DNA of 64,000 nt from Azolla caroliniana (lineage: Eukaryota; Plantae; Polypodiophyta). The notes under the pieces were generated by a model. That model did no database searches and had not been told where the DNA came from. It saw only the letters and a list, made by a program, of their open reading frames with translations. The position numbers and the translations under genes are program-made. Positions 35,626-49,735 of the stretch are shown piece after piece. Position 1 is the first letter of the stretch. The number at the start of each line of letters is the position of its first letter. The stretch spans positions 5,084,001-5,148,000 of the forward strand of contig JBHGNT010000003.1 of NCBI GenBank assembly GCA_043228905.1, in the 5' to 3' direction.

Positions 35626-38600
35626 GGCCCATTGCTAACCACATCACTATATATTTTTCCAAAACTAACTAGGCTAATCCAAACATCCTAATCTATGGTG
35701 GGTATATTAACTAGGTAATGAAAGGATGTTAATACACCCACCATGGATTAGGATGTTTGTCCCTTTACATAGGTTAATGCTCAGGTTGACATGTCCAACC
35801 AAGCTTGGAGTATTTTGTAATCACCCATGTTGTGACATTAGCCCCCAAAAAATTGGTTCGTATTGGTTTTCCTAGAAGGGGGTTAAGATGTCTCAACAAT
35901 GCGGATCTCCCATAAGGTATTGTCCCTTGCAAGACTTCGAGAAATTGTTTCAATCTCACCTGACCATCACTCCTTTCATGAAATTCCTATGCCCTACTTT
36001 CACTCTCTCTATGTAGCAAGTATGGGTTTGGGTGTCCTCCAAATTACCCTGGCTAGATCACCAATGTCTTGTCTCTCCCTTCTAACTACAAGACATCTCA
36101 GTTTACTAGTTGCGATGCAACAATCAGACATTCTGGGTTTCATTGAAGGGAGCAGAATACTAGTTGCATTCTGCCTCATGGTTTCTTTTCTTTGTGACCA
36201 CTTTCATGTCAAGTCCTAGCACTATTTATTCCTTGATTCTGATGGCAATATTGTGCCACACACTTGCCTCTAGATAGGCAAGACCATTTATCAAGCCAAC
36301 ACCCATGGTAGGATTGATGGTGTTTTCCTCATCCAGGTAGAAATCATTGCCACTCTTCCCAATGAGAAATTAGCAAGAGAATGACACTTTATCCAAGTGG
36401 GTTGCAATCCAATGTCTATGCCTATGGTTCCATGATTACCAACTATTTAGTAGACGAGACCTAGACCAAGTTTCATCTTTTCCATGCTCTCACTCTCTCC
36501 TCTCTTCTTTTCTATTTGAATTTGCAATAATACATCAAATCTACATTAGTGTGAACCCATTTTAATGACCTTCCTCTAGGTCCCTATGATCACGTGATTA
36601 TTGTACGCATCTTAGACCACGTTACACAGCAACAAAAGGATGGACTAAGGAACACATTTTGATCTCCTTTGGTGACATTAGATTAAGGGTTTCAATATTG
36701 AAAATTGCAACAAAATATTTCTCTCTCCCACCATCTCATATATTGACATAATATTTCATAGTATAACTTTCCAAAAAAAGAAATTCATTTGAGCATACCA
36801 TGAGTTTCACATTTGTTCCTACCTTGATTTCTATCATCTAATCATACATCAATCCTTGCAACAAAATATTTCTCTCTCCCTCCCTCTCTTATAGTAACAT
36901 AGTATTTCCTACTATAACTTTCCAAAACTCAAGATTCATATGAGCATACCATGAACTATCATGAACTTGACGTTTGTTCCTATCTTGATTTCTATCATCT
37001 AATCGTACATTGATCCTTCCTATCTGCAAATTGTAATAACCTCCAAAAGGTCTTCCAAGCATGTAAACCATTGTACTTCATGTACTTGGGCCGTTTTTCA
37101 CAAGAAAATGTCTATTCATCAATCTCATTTCAATTATAACGAAGGTACATTCTCACTCTCATACTCGTCATATTCTCAATTGAGTAGCATCACAATTGTA
37201 CATGTTCATTAGCCTGCATCAATATCGTTTTTTATAGGACATTTTATCATCACTTTCAACAGTCGTATACCTTTTTATTCAAAATTGTGAATGTTGCACC
37301 ATATTTGTAAAATCCATGTTTTTTAAATGGCCAACATGCATGTGAATCATATCAGTATTTGCAAATTGTGCTTAGTAATTTTTACTACAATACATGGCAC
37401 GAAGCATTGTTCACATATTTGTGTCACTAAAATCTCAATTACTAATTAATTTTCCTCTAGAGGCATGACGCTTTCCATCTCTCTTAAACCCAAACCTTTA
37501 CAAAACAACTCATCTTTTTGAAACCATTTTCTATCCTTCTAAACCATAACCATTTTCCTCTCTACTATGTTTCCATTTTCATCTTTTTAACCCACTTTTC
37601 AGTCTCCCTCCACTTCAAAATTAATACTATTATACTATGTAGTTTACGTGGTCATTATTTTATATAGTTCAAATTTATCACGCTCATGTGAATCCCAATG
37701 AACGATCACTAGAAAAAACCCAACAAAAAAAACAATCATTTGAGATATTGTAACACGTGAAGAAGTCACTTATTCCAACAAGGACTTTGTAATAAGAGCC
37801 AATGAAACATAAAATAAAGTATGATGAAACATATCGAACGTAACAGGTTATTCTATACCTGACTTGCGTACATCGGATAATATATGTCAATGGTAGATAT
37901 ATTATGAGCAACATGCATTGTGGCACATAGAATATTATTAGAGGGATGGGAGCACCTTGGGGAATAGTGCTACAACACATTAAAGAATACAAGAAAGTCA
38001 AGTATCGAATTTTCACAAATCACCCACACACATTACACACTTAGCTAATGCTTTGCTTTGACAACAAGGTGACAAGTGTGATCCTTACGAACAAAACTGT
38101 TCTTTAAAACATGAAAATGAACTCACAATAACACCTTTGAAAATGAAGGTCTTACTATAGTTAGGAATTGGTTACATATTTGTTTGTTAGGGTTTAAATG
38201 ATACTCAACACTATAGTTAGGATGGCTAACTCATGAAGATGGGTAAATGCCATGGCAACCCCACATAATTAACTATATACAAGAAGGAGACCTTCTTTGT
38301 AAAGGTATTGTGAGACAATTAAGGGAACTTGACATGAATTTGGGATGAAGAAGCATGGTAACTAGACTTCCCCACCATCCCACAAGAAGTGACAAGCATT
38401 GGATACCGCAACAAGCTTCGAAACATGGTTCGAAAAATAGGGATGCATGTTGTCTTGATGAGGGATTTGAAACCATGACTAGCATTAATGGCACAAAAAG
38501 TTAGTTTTAAGAGCAGAGCATTCATTATACCGATTATCTTTCCGACGAGGGGTAGAGAATTTTTACTCCCACTATGCACACTTTTTGATGAATTGAGAGG

Positions 38601-38687
38601 GTGAAGAGGGATCTCATAGATTTCCTTGTTCTTTCTACATGATACAATTTTTACCTACCTAACTCAATCAAAACTTTTTACTCTCCC

Positions 38688-40161
38688 CTACATTTTCTTC
38701 TCGACATTAATTGTCTCTTTCCATATCCTTCCGGTAATCCTCAACCTCAACTCCTTCCGATCTTCTCCGGAGAAGAAGAGGGCCATGTTCCTATGTATTA
38801 TAAGCCCATCGCTACTATCCCGCACTTTCCGATGACTATCTCGGATGCTTCTTGGGACCCCTTGCCATGTTAATTTCCTTCCATGTGCTCCAACTTCGAG
38901 ACTATAGGAGAAATTCTTCGCCTCCGAATCTTCGCCCATAAACCGTAAAAATGCCATGTAGACCGGGGCCGCACCGAGTCGGAAAGCTTCAAAATGTAAG
39001 CAAAAATGCCTCCCAAAGCAATGAAAGACCTAATACAAAAAAACAAACAAAAACTCTTTAGTGGATTTGCAAGTCACTAGTACACAATGACACAACCAAT
39101 TATAGGCTTTGAAATAACAAAAGAAGTGGGAAGATTTAAAATATAATGAGAGGGAGAAGGTTACCGTTAACATCCATGTAGCATTCTCTACATCCTCAGG
39201 GTTCCTTTTAATGTATCGATGGTTGAACGTGTTCCCATCGTGCATGTCCACTTTGTGCTCATCTCTCAAATGAGCCACAATGTCCGGGATGGTGCCGGAG
39301 ACCGAACAATCGGCTCCCGAGTAAGGGCAATTATAGGGTCTAAAGGCACACGTGCTCTCGTGCTTCGATTTACTATAGTAAGGCATCACGGAGGGGCACC
39401 CATGTGGTTGATATTTGCACGGGAGTTCGAGAGCTGCGGCCACCTTCTCCAACGCAAGGCATCGGATGTTGCCGAGCTCGATTCGGCATGTGGGGCATTG
39501 GTTCGATACCCTTGGTTTGCAATCCGAACATAGGGTATGCCCATTTGAACACTACCAAAGGCAAATCAAGACAAATCATGTTATACCAACAATTCATGTT
39601 GTCTTGTACATGTGGATTTGGGTGGGTGTGTGTATCAAGAAGGTTTACACATTCTTCCTATGTGCCCAACTCTCTTATGCTTGTTTAGAGTGTTCAACAC
39701 TACAAGCTTCCATAGCTGAACCTCTATTGCAAAAGCTCGTATTGTTCGAACATTACAAGCTCCGATGCACCGACCATTGCTATAAAACACTATTAGAGTC
39801 CTATAGATATAGCACTAGTACATCAAACACTATACATAAATTGTGCCAACATTATCAATCACCAAACCTGATGAATGGGTGGGTACATCGGCCGGGTACA
39901 CACTGGACAATCCAAAAGCTCGCGGACATCCACTGATTTCCGCCCGTAATTGTGGTGCTGGTGCTGGTGATGATGTTTCTCTGGTTCCATTTTCAACACT
40001 TGGAGCAAGGTAGTGACTTCACTGGTATCAATTACATTAACATTGGAAGTGTGCAAAATGGAGGTGCTCTTCCTGGGGGGGCACATCATGGAGTCGAAAG
40101 CCGGGGAGAGAATGGCATGAGTAGAGGACCTCACATGACCGCCACGACCAGAGCCGGCCAT
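38688..40161 (-). CDS. SINAT: SINA/SINAT-family RING E3 ubiquitin ligase; exons 40161-39868, 39551-39165, 39029-38688 (340 aa)
   Basis: ELLDCPVC..MYPPIHQ|CSNGHTLCSDCK..CPTCR RING, Sina zinc finger, VENATWMLT|VFHCFG, and TRAF-like C-terminus ELRLRITGRIWKE. GT-AG phase-0 introns and an open frame. Confidence 0.96.
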
Positions 40162-40179
40162 TTGTATGACATGCACAGT

Positions 40180-40950
40180 CTGATCCAGGCAGCAAAATCC
40201 CAAGCCAAATCAGAAAACCCTACAAGCAGCCATTACCATTCTATGACGAAAGAACCAAATTGCAATCCAGATGATGCAAAACAGACAATAAAACTAAAAG
40301 CCCCTCTGATTTTATAACATGTACACATTGTGTCTGATTTATGATGATTCTTTAGGTTCATATTATGGCTTCTTCTTCCCAAATTGTATGCATACTACAT
40401 TATGTTGTGCACATCCTGATGACCACAGCATGCCTATATTATGTATATCCACATCATTAGTCCAGATTACAATGACTGCATCCTGATGACCAATTCATGC
40501 CTATATTATGTATATCCACATCATTAGTCCATATTACAATAGCTGCATCCTGATGACCAAATCATGCCTATATTATGTATATCCGCATCATTAGTCCATA
40601 TTACAATGGCTGCATTGCAATGATCATATCATGCCAATACCATATCCTGACTATATCCTGACTAGGTTATGCCCACATCAAGCCCCTGTTATGGCCCAGC
40701 CTGATTCAAAACGCTACTGAATGGAGAATGTAAACCCTCCTAGTGAACACTCAAACCGAGAGGATTCAAAAGCTACTGTTTTCTATTCTACCAAGCCCCA
40801 ACCATCTGGTCTAAACAAGTGGAAGAGAGGCTCAGTTTTTATGCATTGCACTCTGAAAGAGGAAATCGCCCAAATGGAGACAACAAAAACTAGATATACA
40901 TTTATATGTATATATATGGAAGAATTCAGTAAAGGAGGGGCAGCAGTGTC

Positions 40951-40981
<31 letters not shown>

Positions 40982-40997
40982 CGAGAGAAATACAGAC
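40180..40997 (-). other. Probable 5'-UTR intron of the SINA gene
   Basis: Donor AAG|GTCTGT at 40997 followed by a CT-rich tract, and acceptor CAG at 40180, 18 nt before the ATG. The upstream region is CT-rich and leader-like. Confidence 0.5.
40412..40615. repeat. 67-bp tandem repeat, 3 copies
   Basis: Units start at 40412, 40479 and 40546. Confidence 0.93.
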
Positions 40998-42429
40998 CTT
41001 CAGGAGAGGGATTAAGTGTGATGGAGAGTCAAAGATAGTTAGCTCTAAGCATTAGTAGTAATGATGGGATTTTTGTCTTCTGTTTTCTCTGCGGTATTCT
41101 CTGTCTCTGTCTCTCTCTCTCTGCGCGTTTCTAATCTTCTATTCGTTTGATTAAGCCCGCCTAAAAGGCAGGAGAGGAGATTTAAAGAGCTCAAATGAAT
41201 CAAAGTGAGGCGGGGGATTCTCGAGAGGAAGCAGCGAAGAGAATGAGAGAAAGACAGACACAGACACAGAGAGAAACAGAGAGAGATGAGAAAAATGAAT
41301 GCAGAGAGGAAGCTGAAGAGAAGGAGATGGAGATGGAGATGGAGAAGGAGAAGGAGAGCATTCAAAATTTACTCTGTTTCTTCTGTAGAGAGAGAGAGAG
41401 AGGCAGTTCTCATGCTCTCTCTCTTCCTTTTGTTTTTTGTTCATGTTTTTATTTTTTGTTCCTTTCTCCATTATTCTCTCTCCACATTTTTTATTATCTA
41501 TTTTTTACTAGCTCACTTTTTATTGGCTTAATTTTAATTTTCAATTTGTTTAAATTGTTTTTCTCTTATTTTTAATTTGTTATATTTGTTTGTATTTTTT
41601 TGAGTAGTATTTTTTGTTTTCTATTTTATTTTTATATTCCCACATTTTTTATTATCTATTTTTTACTAGCTCACTTTTTATTGGCTTATTTTCATTTTCA
41701 ATTTTTTCTAAATTGTTTTTCCCTGATTTTTAATTTGTTATATTTTCTGTATTTTTTGTCTATTTTATTTTTCTATTTATTTTAGCTTTTGTTTTTGTTT
41801 TAGGTTTTTCCTTTTTAAAAATGCTTACTTATTTATTTTTTCGAAAACAAAACTTTTTCCTTATATTTTGTTGTTGTTATTTCTATTTATTTCTTACTCA
41901 AATTTTTGTTTTTATATTTAGCTTTAGTTTTAGTTTTACATGTTTACTTTTTTTTGTACTTATGTTTTTTTGTTTTAAATTTTAACTTTTAACTTTTTTA
42001 TTTTTTGTTCCATTTTTACTTATATTTTCTATTTTCATTTTATTTCTACTTATTTTTTGGGGGTTTCGTAATTTTGGTGTTTCTATTTCAAATACTAATT
42101 TACATATTTATAGCCAGCTACGTAATTTAAAATAAATAAATAGTAATTTCTTACATTTTCAAAGGATCTACAATTTATATATTCTCTAGAGTCTGTGTGT
42201 GTGTGTGTGTATGTTATATTGATTATATTGATTGATTTATGACACTCTTTTTGTACACATCTAGGGTTTTTATGGTACGAGTGTTGTAGCCCAAAACTTA
42301 TTACATTTAAAAGTCTACATTTATGTACGTACCCTTCCCCCACACACACACACTCAAAATTTGAACATCTATCATCTATACAATACATACAAAACGTATG
42401 TATTAGATGTTGTGCATGTGGATGGACGG

Positions 42430-42660
42430 TTGTATGTATGGATGTATGTATGTATGTATGGATGGATGGATGGATGTTTATGTGTATATGTACATATATG
42501 AATGAATGTATGTATTTTGAATGTATTTATGTATGCATGTCTTTATGTGTGTATGTATGTATGTATGTATGTATGTATGTATGTGTATGTATGCATGCAT
42601 GTATGTATGTATTGTATTGTATGTATGTATGTACATGTATATGTATATGTACATGTATGT
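42430..42660. repeat. (ATGT)n compound microsatellite
   Basis: Seen directly in the sequence. Confidence 0.95.
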
Positions 42661-44529
42661 TTCTTATATATAAGGAGTGAAGCTAAATTCATTATTAAGC
42701 TCAAAGAGTACATTGTATTTCATTCACTCGCTCATTACTGCAAAGCGTTCTTTGAAGTGTGGGATGAGATGGCATTTGTAGTTGACCTACTAATAACTCC
42801 TCTCATATCATGGATATAGAATGAAAGAGTGGATGGATGATCATGCACCTTCTTGGTTCCCTTGCAAGGGAAATGTTCCCCAATTGCATGTTATGCATGT
42901 TGTGGCAGCAATTATTTTCAGGTGCACGATTCTCGAGTTGCCTTGTTGATATATACAATGTACATCATTTGTGTGTCACCACGCATGAGCTAATTCTCAA
43001 TGCACAATTTTCAAGCCTTCTACTTAATACTCATAATTTGTTTGTGTTTGTGTGTTTGTGTGTGTGGGTGCGCATGTGACAAAAGAATGGCTAAAATTTT
43101 GATTATGAATTGACGATTCCCAATATACCATTTCCATGCATTGTCAATGCTCGATTATGTGTAGTGCTACCCAACTTGTCTTTATTGTTATAAACTTGAC
43201 GCGCAATATACTCTACTAACAATGTCAAGGCAAATTGTTGTGGCTTTGTGTGAGTGGGACATTTGTGATATTCCTAGTTTCAACAATTTCTACAAAAACT
43301 AGATGTCAATGATGCCTATGAGCTACCCAAAGTAGAGGAATGAAGGTCTCTCTTGAAGATTATCAAATATTTCCCTCTTTACTACAATGTGCATAGTTAT
43401 GAAGTGATGTTTCAAGCAGAATTTGATCTTCAAGGTAGGACCTCTAACTACATCCAATGTTGCGTCACTTAATTACCTTCTATTTTAGACTACGATAAAG
43501 AGGCTAGTGGTGCCACAAACAATTCCTTACTCCATATGGATAATCATAAAAATAAATAAATTAGCATATGCCTTTTGCTCTATTTGAATGACCTCAACTG
43601 GTTAATTTAGTTCGAATTTTGGGTACTTGTAACTAAGATCTATTCGCACAATTTTCTTGTGATAAGTAGTAGTAGCTAGTTATAGTTTAGGTGTCATTGA
43701 TCTTGATAATGCTTGCCTACTTAGTCACATGATCACCCTATGAACAAACTTATGTAGGTTGTTTCCATGCTCTTACACACGTTTAATCGTTGGAAAAGTA
43801 AGATTACTTTTAATTTATTATGCTTGGTTCTAATGGATTTTTGGTTTTATATTTGATGTGATAGAGATGGAAGCTAAATTTTAATTTCATCTAGTTCATT
43901 CCCATCATGTTAATTAGACTTTGTTTATTAGTTGTTTTGACACTTAAAGTGCTATTTGTATGAGCACATTTCATTGCATCAAGTTATAATAAGAGGCAAG
44001 TTTTTTGGAAAAAAAGAGAGAGGCAAGTTATACTTTGGAATGTGAGCATATCAATGATGTTGGACAAATGTGTAGAAGCTTTAGATTATCAACATGTTAT
44101 TATATTATGATAAGTGAGGTTAAACAAAAAAGTCCCAACCATAGTCTATGAATCGGTCATGTCGTTACAGAACTAATTGTAAAAAAGAGTTAGTCTTCAT
44201 CAAATTCTGTCCACTTGGTAGTACCTACAATATGACCTCTCTCCATGTTGTAACAATTTCACATTATATTGTTTTCTCGTAATGGTTTGCTTCAAACTGG
44301 AGCCATCCATTTTGGTTATAAATAACACCCGCCAAAAATTCAAATCTTGTTGGGGGCTAATAGAAAAATCTACGCAACCTAAGTTCATGATTATCACAAG
44401 TACATTCCGAAATTCAAATCCTCAAACAACTACTTGCACCAAAATGTAAGCACTTTATCCACACACATAAGTGCTTTTTAGCTTCGATTCTAGTAGGTCT
44501 ACTCGTACAATTGTTGGGAGTCGGATTGA

Positions 44530-44922
44530 CAACAATAAAATGTGCCAAATGCAACCAATATTCAAATCCACCAACATTGTTAAAGGTGAATGATCCAATT
44601 CCCACATTTCATCTATTGTGGAAATTTTATATTCATGGCTCGTGTATTTGCAATGTATGCATGCATGGCTTTGATTCTTTAAACATAACAAGTTGTAAGT
44701 TTCTCAAACATCACACTAATTTGAACAATAAAATGTGCCAAATGTAACCAGTTACCAATTTTCAAATCCACCAACATTGTTATAGGCGAATGAGCCAATT
44801 CCCACTTTTCATCTATTGTGGAAAATTTATACTCATGCCTCGTGTATTTGCACAGTATGCATGCATGGCTTTCATTGTTTTTACATAAGAAGTTGTAAGT
44901 TTTTGAAACATCACGCTAATTT
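44530..44922. repeat. ~195-bp tandem duplication
   Basis: acaataaaatgtgccaaatg...catcac(a/g)ctaatttga occurs twice. Confidence 0.88.
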
Positions 44923-47900
44923 GATGTGACTTCAACTAGGTAGGGGTCCAAGGTCTTCCACTACGTAAATATTTGAAATTTACAACCATAATAGCATGGA
45001 TCTGGCTTCCTCCAGAGGGGTCATTCATAATTTATAAATATGGAAGCACAACATATACAGTTTGAGGTCAACGAAGGGGATGTAAAAAATATTTTTAACG
45101 GATTGCTTGACATACACAAGAGGGCATTGCCTTTAAAGAGTATATCCAAAAGAGAATAAGAAAAAGACTAGATCTTATTCATTAAATACTAGTAAGGAGT
45201 ACTTTTTAATATGAACGGAATGTACAAGATTTAGAAGGCTTTAGATATATGTATAGAGTAACAAAGGTCATTAACTACGATTTGATCAAATTATCGATAT
45301 GATGTAAAATACTAAATCTGATTGAATGTGATTTAGTTTTATCTAGGGATGACCGGCGTTAGTGTCTACACAAGTACGCCTTGTTCACCCATGTGATTGT
45401 GTAGGGTTATTCACATGGGGTGTGGGATGACAAGGGCCATGAAGGAAGAGACAAATTAGTTTCCTGGACGGGTTTTAATATTACCTTACAATGATGTAAA
45501 CATCACGGACTTTGTACGAAGTAAAAGTTCAGATTAATGAATATTCAAGCGAAAAAGAAAGAACTTATATTATCGTGAGCCAGGTCTCTCAACATTGCAG
45601 GAGAGAGATCATATCCCAAAAGGAAGAACCTAATGACTCGTGTATGTTGCTTTTCAATGTAAATATTATCAATATTCGCTTAATATTTCTTGAATTATTT
45701 TTTTGTGGCTAATGATTTGCAAGATATCATAGCAAATCCCTAAGACATCTCTCTCTTTATGCCTTGGAAGCAAAAACGAGTTTGAAAATGTCTAAAAGTG
45801 TTTTCCCATAAAATTTACTAGATCTCATGGTAGATCCCTAAGACATCTCTCTCTCTCTTCCTTGGAAGCCAAAAACGAGTATGAAAATGTCTAAAATGGT
45901 TTTCTTATCAAGTTTAAGTGTCATGGAACTTTGAGGTTCCATCAAATTGTACTACCACATTTTTTGCCAATCTCCCCCATTAACTTATCACTTTACAATA
46001 AATATATAATCATCCTATTGCTTGATGCATTAAGAATTAACTCTTGCTTCCTTTTCTTTTGGAATCAATAAGAGAGTTGATCACCCAAGAGAGGCACGAG
46101 AGGTCGTAAGGTGTTCAACCAATAGTGCAAAAACGAGACTCGGGATGACTTACAGACCAATCTGAGTAGTTTAAAGCAAAACAAAGTTCAGTCCACCTAG
46201 TAGAAGCAACAAGCTTAAGTTAGCAATCCTATCATTTGTAAATTCTCCCACAAGATGCTTGAAAATGGATGGCTCATGGGTGAACCCATGTTGTCGCAAT
46301 TGATACCCTTTTCATAGGAATAGTAACATTGAAAACAATCGTGGTTGAGGGATCTAGAAGAAATAGCACATGTTGAAAAATAAAAAGATGACAAAGATGA
46401 AGTATTGGAAGAAATAGCTAAGACGACATATGAACAAGAAGCGGACAAAGTTAACACTGTAGAAGATGGAGAAAGTAATACAATTGCATGACAAGCATGT
46501 AGTAATGTTTTGCGTAAAGGGTAATAATTCAAATATTTCCTCCATTTTTGTATAAAAATGACAAATTTGTCCATTTCACCAATACCCTTGTGAACTTTTA
46601 AGGCATTTTGCGAAATGACGTTAAAAAAACTAGAATGTTTTGCCGTTAGAAAGTTTTTGTAAAGAAAAGACTCAAACATGTAATAGGCATTAGATGGATG
46701 TAACAAATATTTAAATGGGTGGTACAAATCAACAAAATTATTATGGACATTTCTATTATTATGTCACCATAATAGATATTTGAGGAGAAAAATTGGGAGA
46801 CCTTTTCTTGGCATCACTAGAAATAACAAACACATGGTTTTGGTTATAGACATGTTCGTTTGTATCTACCCCACAAGCATCATTAACTATGGTATCTAAT
46901 TCATAAAAAACATCCATTTTATCCTCTTCTTCATTGTCCACCAATGTATTGTCATCATCTAGGTGTAGACCATTCTCTTTTTATCTTACTTTAAGCATCA
47001 TAACAAAATGTTGTGACATTCTTAATTGAAGCGAGCTCCTCTTCCGAAAGAGAGATTGTTTATTTTTCACTACATGGTTGAACTTTTTCGAGTATAAATC
47101 ATACCAAAGGAGTATATGAACTTCGTATTATTAAAGCTCACTAATTGACCACAGATTCTTCTTTATTCTCTTGAGAAGGGTATCATCAACCATGTTAAGG
47201 ACGTGCTTTGAAAGAATTTGCACTTGTGGTGTGGTACCAATAAACTTTACTCAAAAATATTCTAGTTAGTCAATGACTCCTTTTCTATGACAACCTTAGT
47301 GATCAAGAATGAACACCTTTACTCATTAGCATTAGTTTTTTTTTTCCCAAAATGAAGCTACTTTCCCATTAGTTAGGAAGGATTATTACAAAGAGACTGT
47401 ACAAGGAGGCTTATACATAGATCGGGGAATCTCCCTCCAATTAGGTTCAAGAAAATGAGACTAGTTACATCGCCTTTCGGGCTGACTACTTAATGCAAAT
47501 ACCTATAGCTAAAAACGGTGCCCTTCAGTGATGGCTAGTACGAGACACCTCCTGGGGTCGACAACGATGGGAGGGTGGTAAGTGAGTTGGAAACAGCCAG
47601 TGTGGGGGCTAGTAGTTCCACCTCGGGCCACTTCCTCATTGTGTCACCATAGACGTGTTCTGCCATTTCTGCCAAAAGCACAAACAGGCAGTAACCACGT
47701 CATTGGAATGGCTGCAGACCTCGTCCAATTGCCCTCGTAGGCAACTGACAAGCGCAAACCATATGTCCATGATCACGTCCTCTAGGGGCCGCACCAGATC
47801 CTGAAAAACCTTTAGGCAACGCGCTTTCCATACATACCACAAGGTGAAGCCTGCGATCAGCATCCAAATGTTCGGGAACCTTGGGGATGCGGACTGCAAG

Positions 47901-48948
47901 ACTCTCTCAAATTGAATCTTGGCGATTTTGCCTCTCATGCATATGTAACACCAACTATCTGCATTGAGGGCATCCGTCCACCTATCAACAGAGTGATCAA
48001 GCCATGCCGCAACACTCCACGATGTTATTCCTTCCAGTTCACATGCTGCAAGGAGGCAAGTCACTCTATCCCATACCTTTTGAGCTTGAGGGCAATCCCA
48101 TAGACAATAATGCCTCAGACTCTCAATAGGTGAATGGCAAAGTGGACAATCTAACGGGTTGCCACGTTTATCTAACCATTCGCCAAAGGGAACCACATTA
48201 TGACCAATTGCCACCAAAAAAACTTATCTTTTTCGGAATGTGGAGACGCCAAAGACCCTTCCAAAAGGTAATGAGCACCTCATCAGGGATGCCCAATGTA
48301 CACCATCCATTGCGTAAGGGGCCGTCTAGCTGCAGTTGAAAAGTCCGGCCCAGTTTAGTGTTGTAGTTGAAGAAATGACGAAATCTGCCATCATGTTTCC
48401 GCCTAAAATCCCATGGATCCCATTCTAGTTCAACAAGGGGCTGACAACCATATACCCATAACTTCCAATGGGGTTCCACCTTAGCAACATCTGGGTCTGT
48501 CTTCTAGGTGTTACCAACTTGCGCCACCACGCGGATAGGGTGCCAAGAGCCCTTACTCTGACTCTCCCCAAAAATTGTATCTCTTCCCGATCCGCTCACG
48601 CCCTTCAACAACTTAACCCGTCCAGCCTCATCAAAGAGACCAAACCAAGCATCTTCTCTCACCTCCCCCATCGGAACCCTATCAACTGCCTCAACTATCA
48701 ATCTTCGCATTTTCATGGCTCCCTTGAGGGGAGGGAATGGGACCTCTTGGGCTCCTCCTAAAGTCATCGTGTGTCGCCAACATCTATAGAGTGGAGCCCT
48801 GTTTGCGCCAGCTTTCCCCATGCGAGGCCCTTAAGCTGCCCTAACATCATGTCGTCACTTGTTTGCACCTAAGGGTTCCAAAATAATGGTTGTCTAGACC
48901 ACTCGATTAGTGTCTCCGGTGTGTGCTTGACCAAATGATGTCGTACAT

Positions 48949-49735
48949 TGTCGAGGAAATCCTCGTAGATACATAGAAGTTGGGCAGGACCACGGGGGTC
49001 TTGAACCAAGGAATCAAGATGTGAGGAGGAAGAGTCTGTGGTTTACGTGAGCCCTGAGAGCACGGTTTAAACAGAAAGATTAATGAAACGAGAGAGAAAG
49101 TGTAAGAGGGTCGTGCGTAGACACAGGCGCAGGCAAATATGCTAAGAATAACTTGTGCTAGGTGGATAAGTTTCTATTAATTAATATATGTGCGTAGCGC
49201 TGTGGGTGATTACAACCGGATCAGTGCCGGTATTCGAGCGTAGGCTCTATAGTAGTCAGATACGAAGTTGGGTAGGCACACAGAAGGTCAATCCCTTGGC
49301 CGGGAGCACTCGGGCGTCTGACGCGAGCAGGGGAACCGCCTTCCGGTGATATGTCGTAGGACTCCTTGTCCTCTTTTTCCCTGTTTCCTTTCTCCTCTCT
49401 TCTCTCGATTACCTCCCTGTTTCTTTCTCCTCTCTAGCCGATGTCCCCAAAACAATCAAAGGTCGTCCCTTTTATAGCACAAGGAGCGATCGTTACAAAG
49501 CATTCATGACTTGTTGCTTTCCCTTCCTAGATTCTCCCCTGATTCGCTCTCCTCGTAACTCTCCCTACTTACGCGATGTCTGAATCCCTAATAATGCCTT
49601 AACTACCTAGTACACCTCCTTCTACCTATGCCTAGTACTTACACTAGTTAATTCGCTAGGGTCGTGCACTCGTGCACACCAGTGTTCTCGCGCGTTTCAC
49701 ATTGTTTCCACCTATGGCCCAGAATCTTCACGACA
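48949..49735 (-). mobile_element. Solo LTR, tRNA-Trp gypsy group, 4-bp TSD
   Basis: Ends tgtcgaggaa...cttcacgaca with flanks ACAT/ACGT. The empty site tcacgtacg is present in the LINE copy near 10486. Confidence 0.9.

Noticed and set aside
40412-40615. CRISPR array or C/D snoRNA cluster
   Set aside because: There are no unique spacers and the context is eukaryotic. The C/D-like boxes overlap and are antisense to the host gene.
41045-42819. ORFs with E/K/M or Y/V/C/M repeats
   Set aside because: They are translations of GA, T-rich and ATGT microsatellites.
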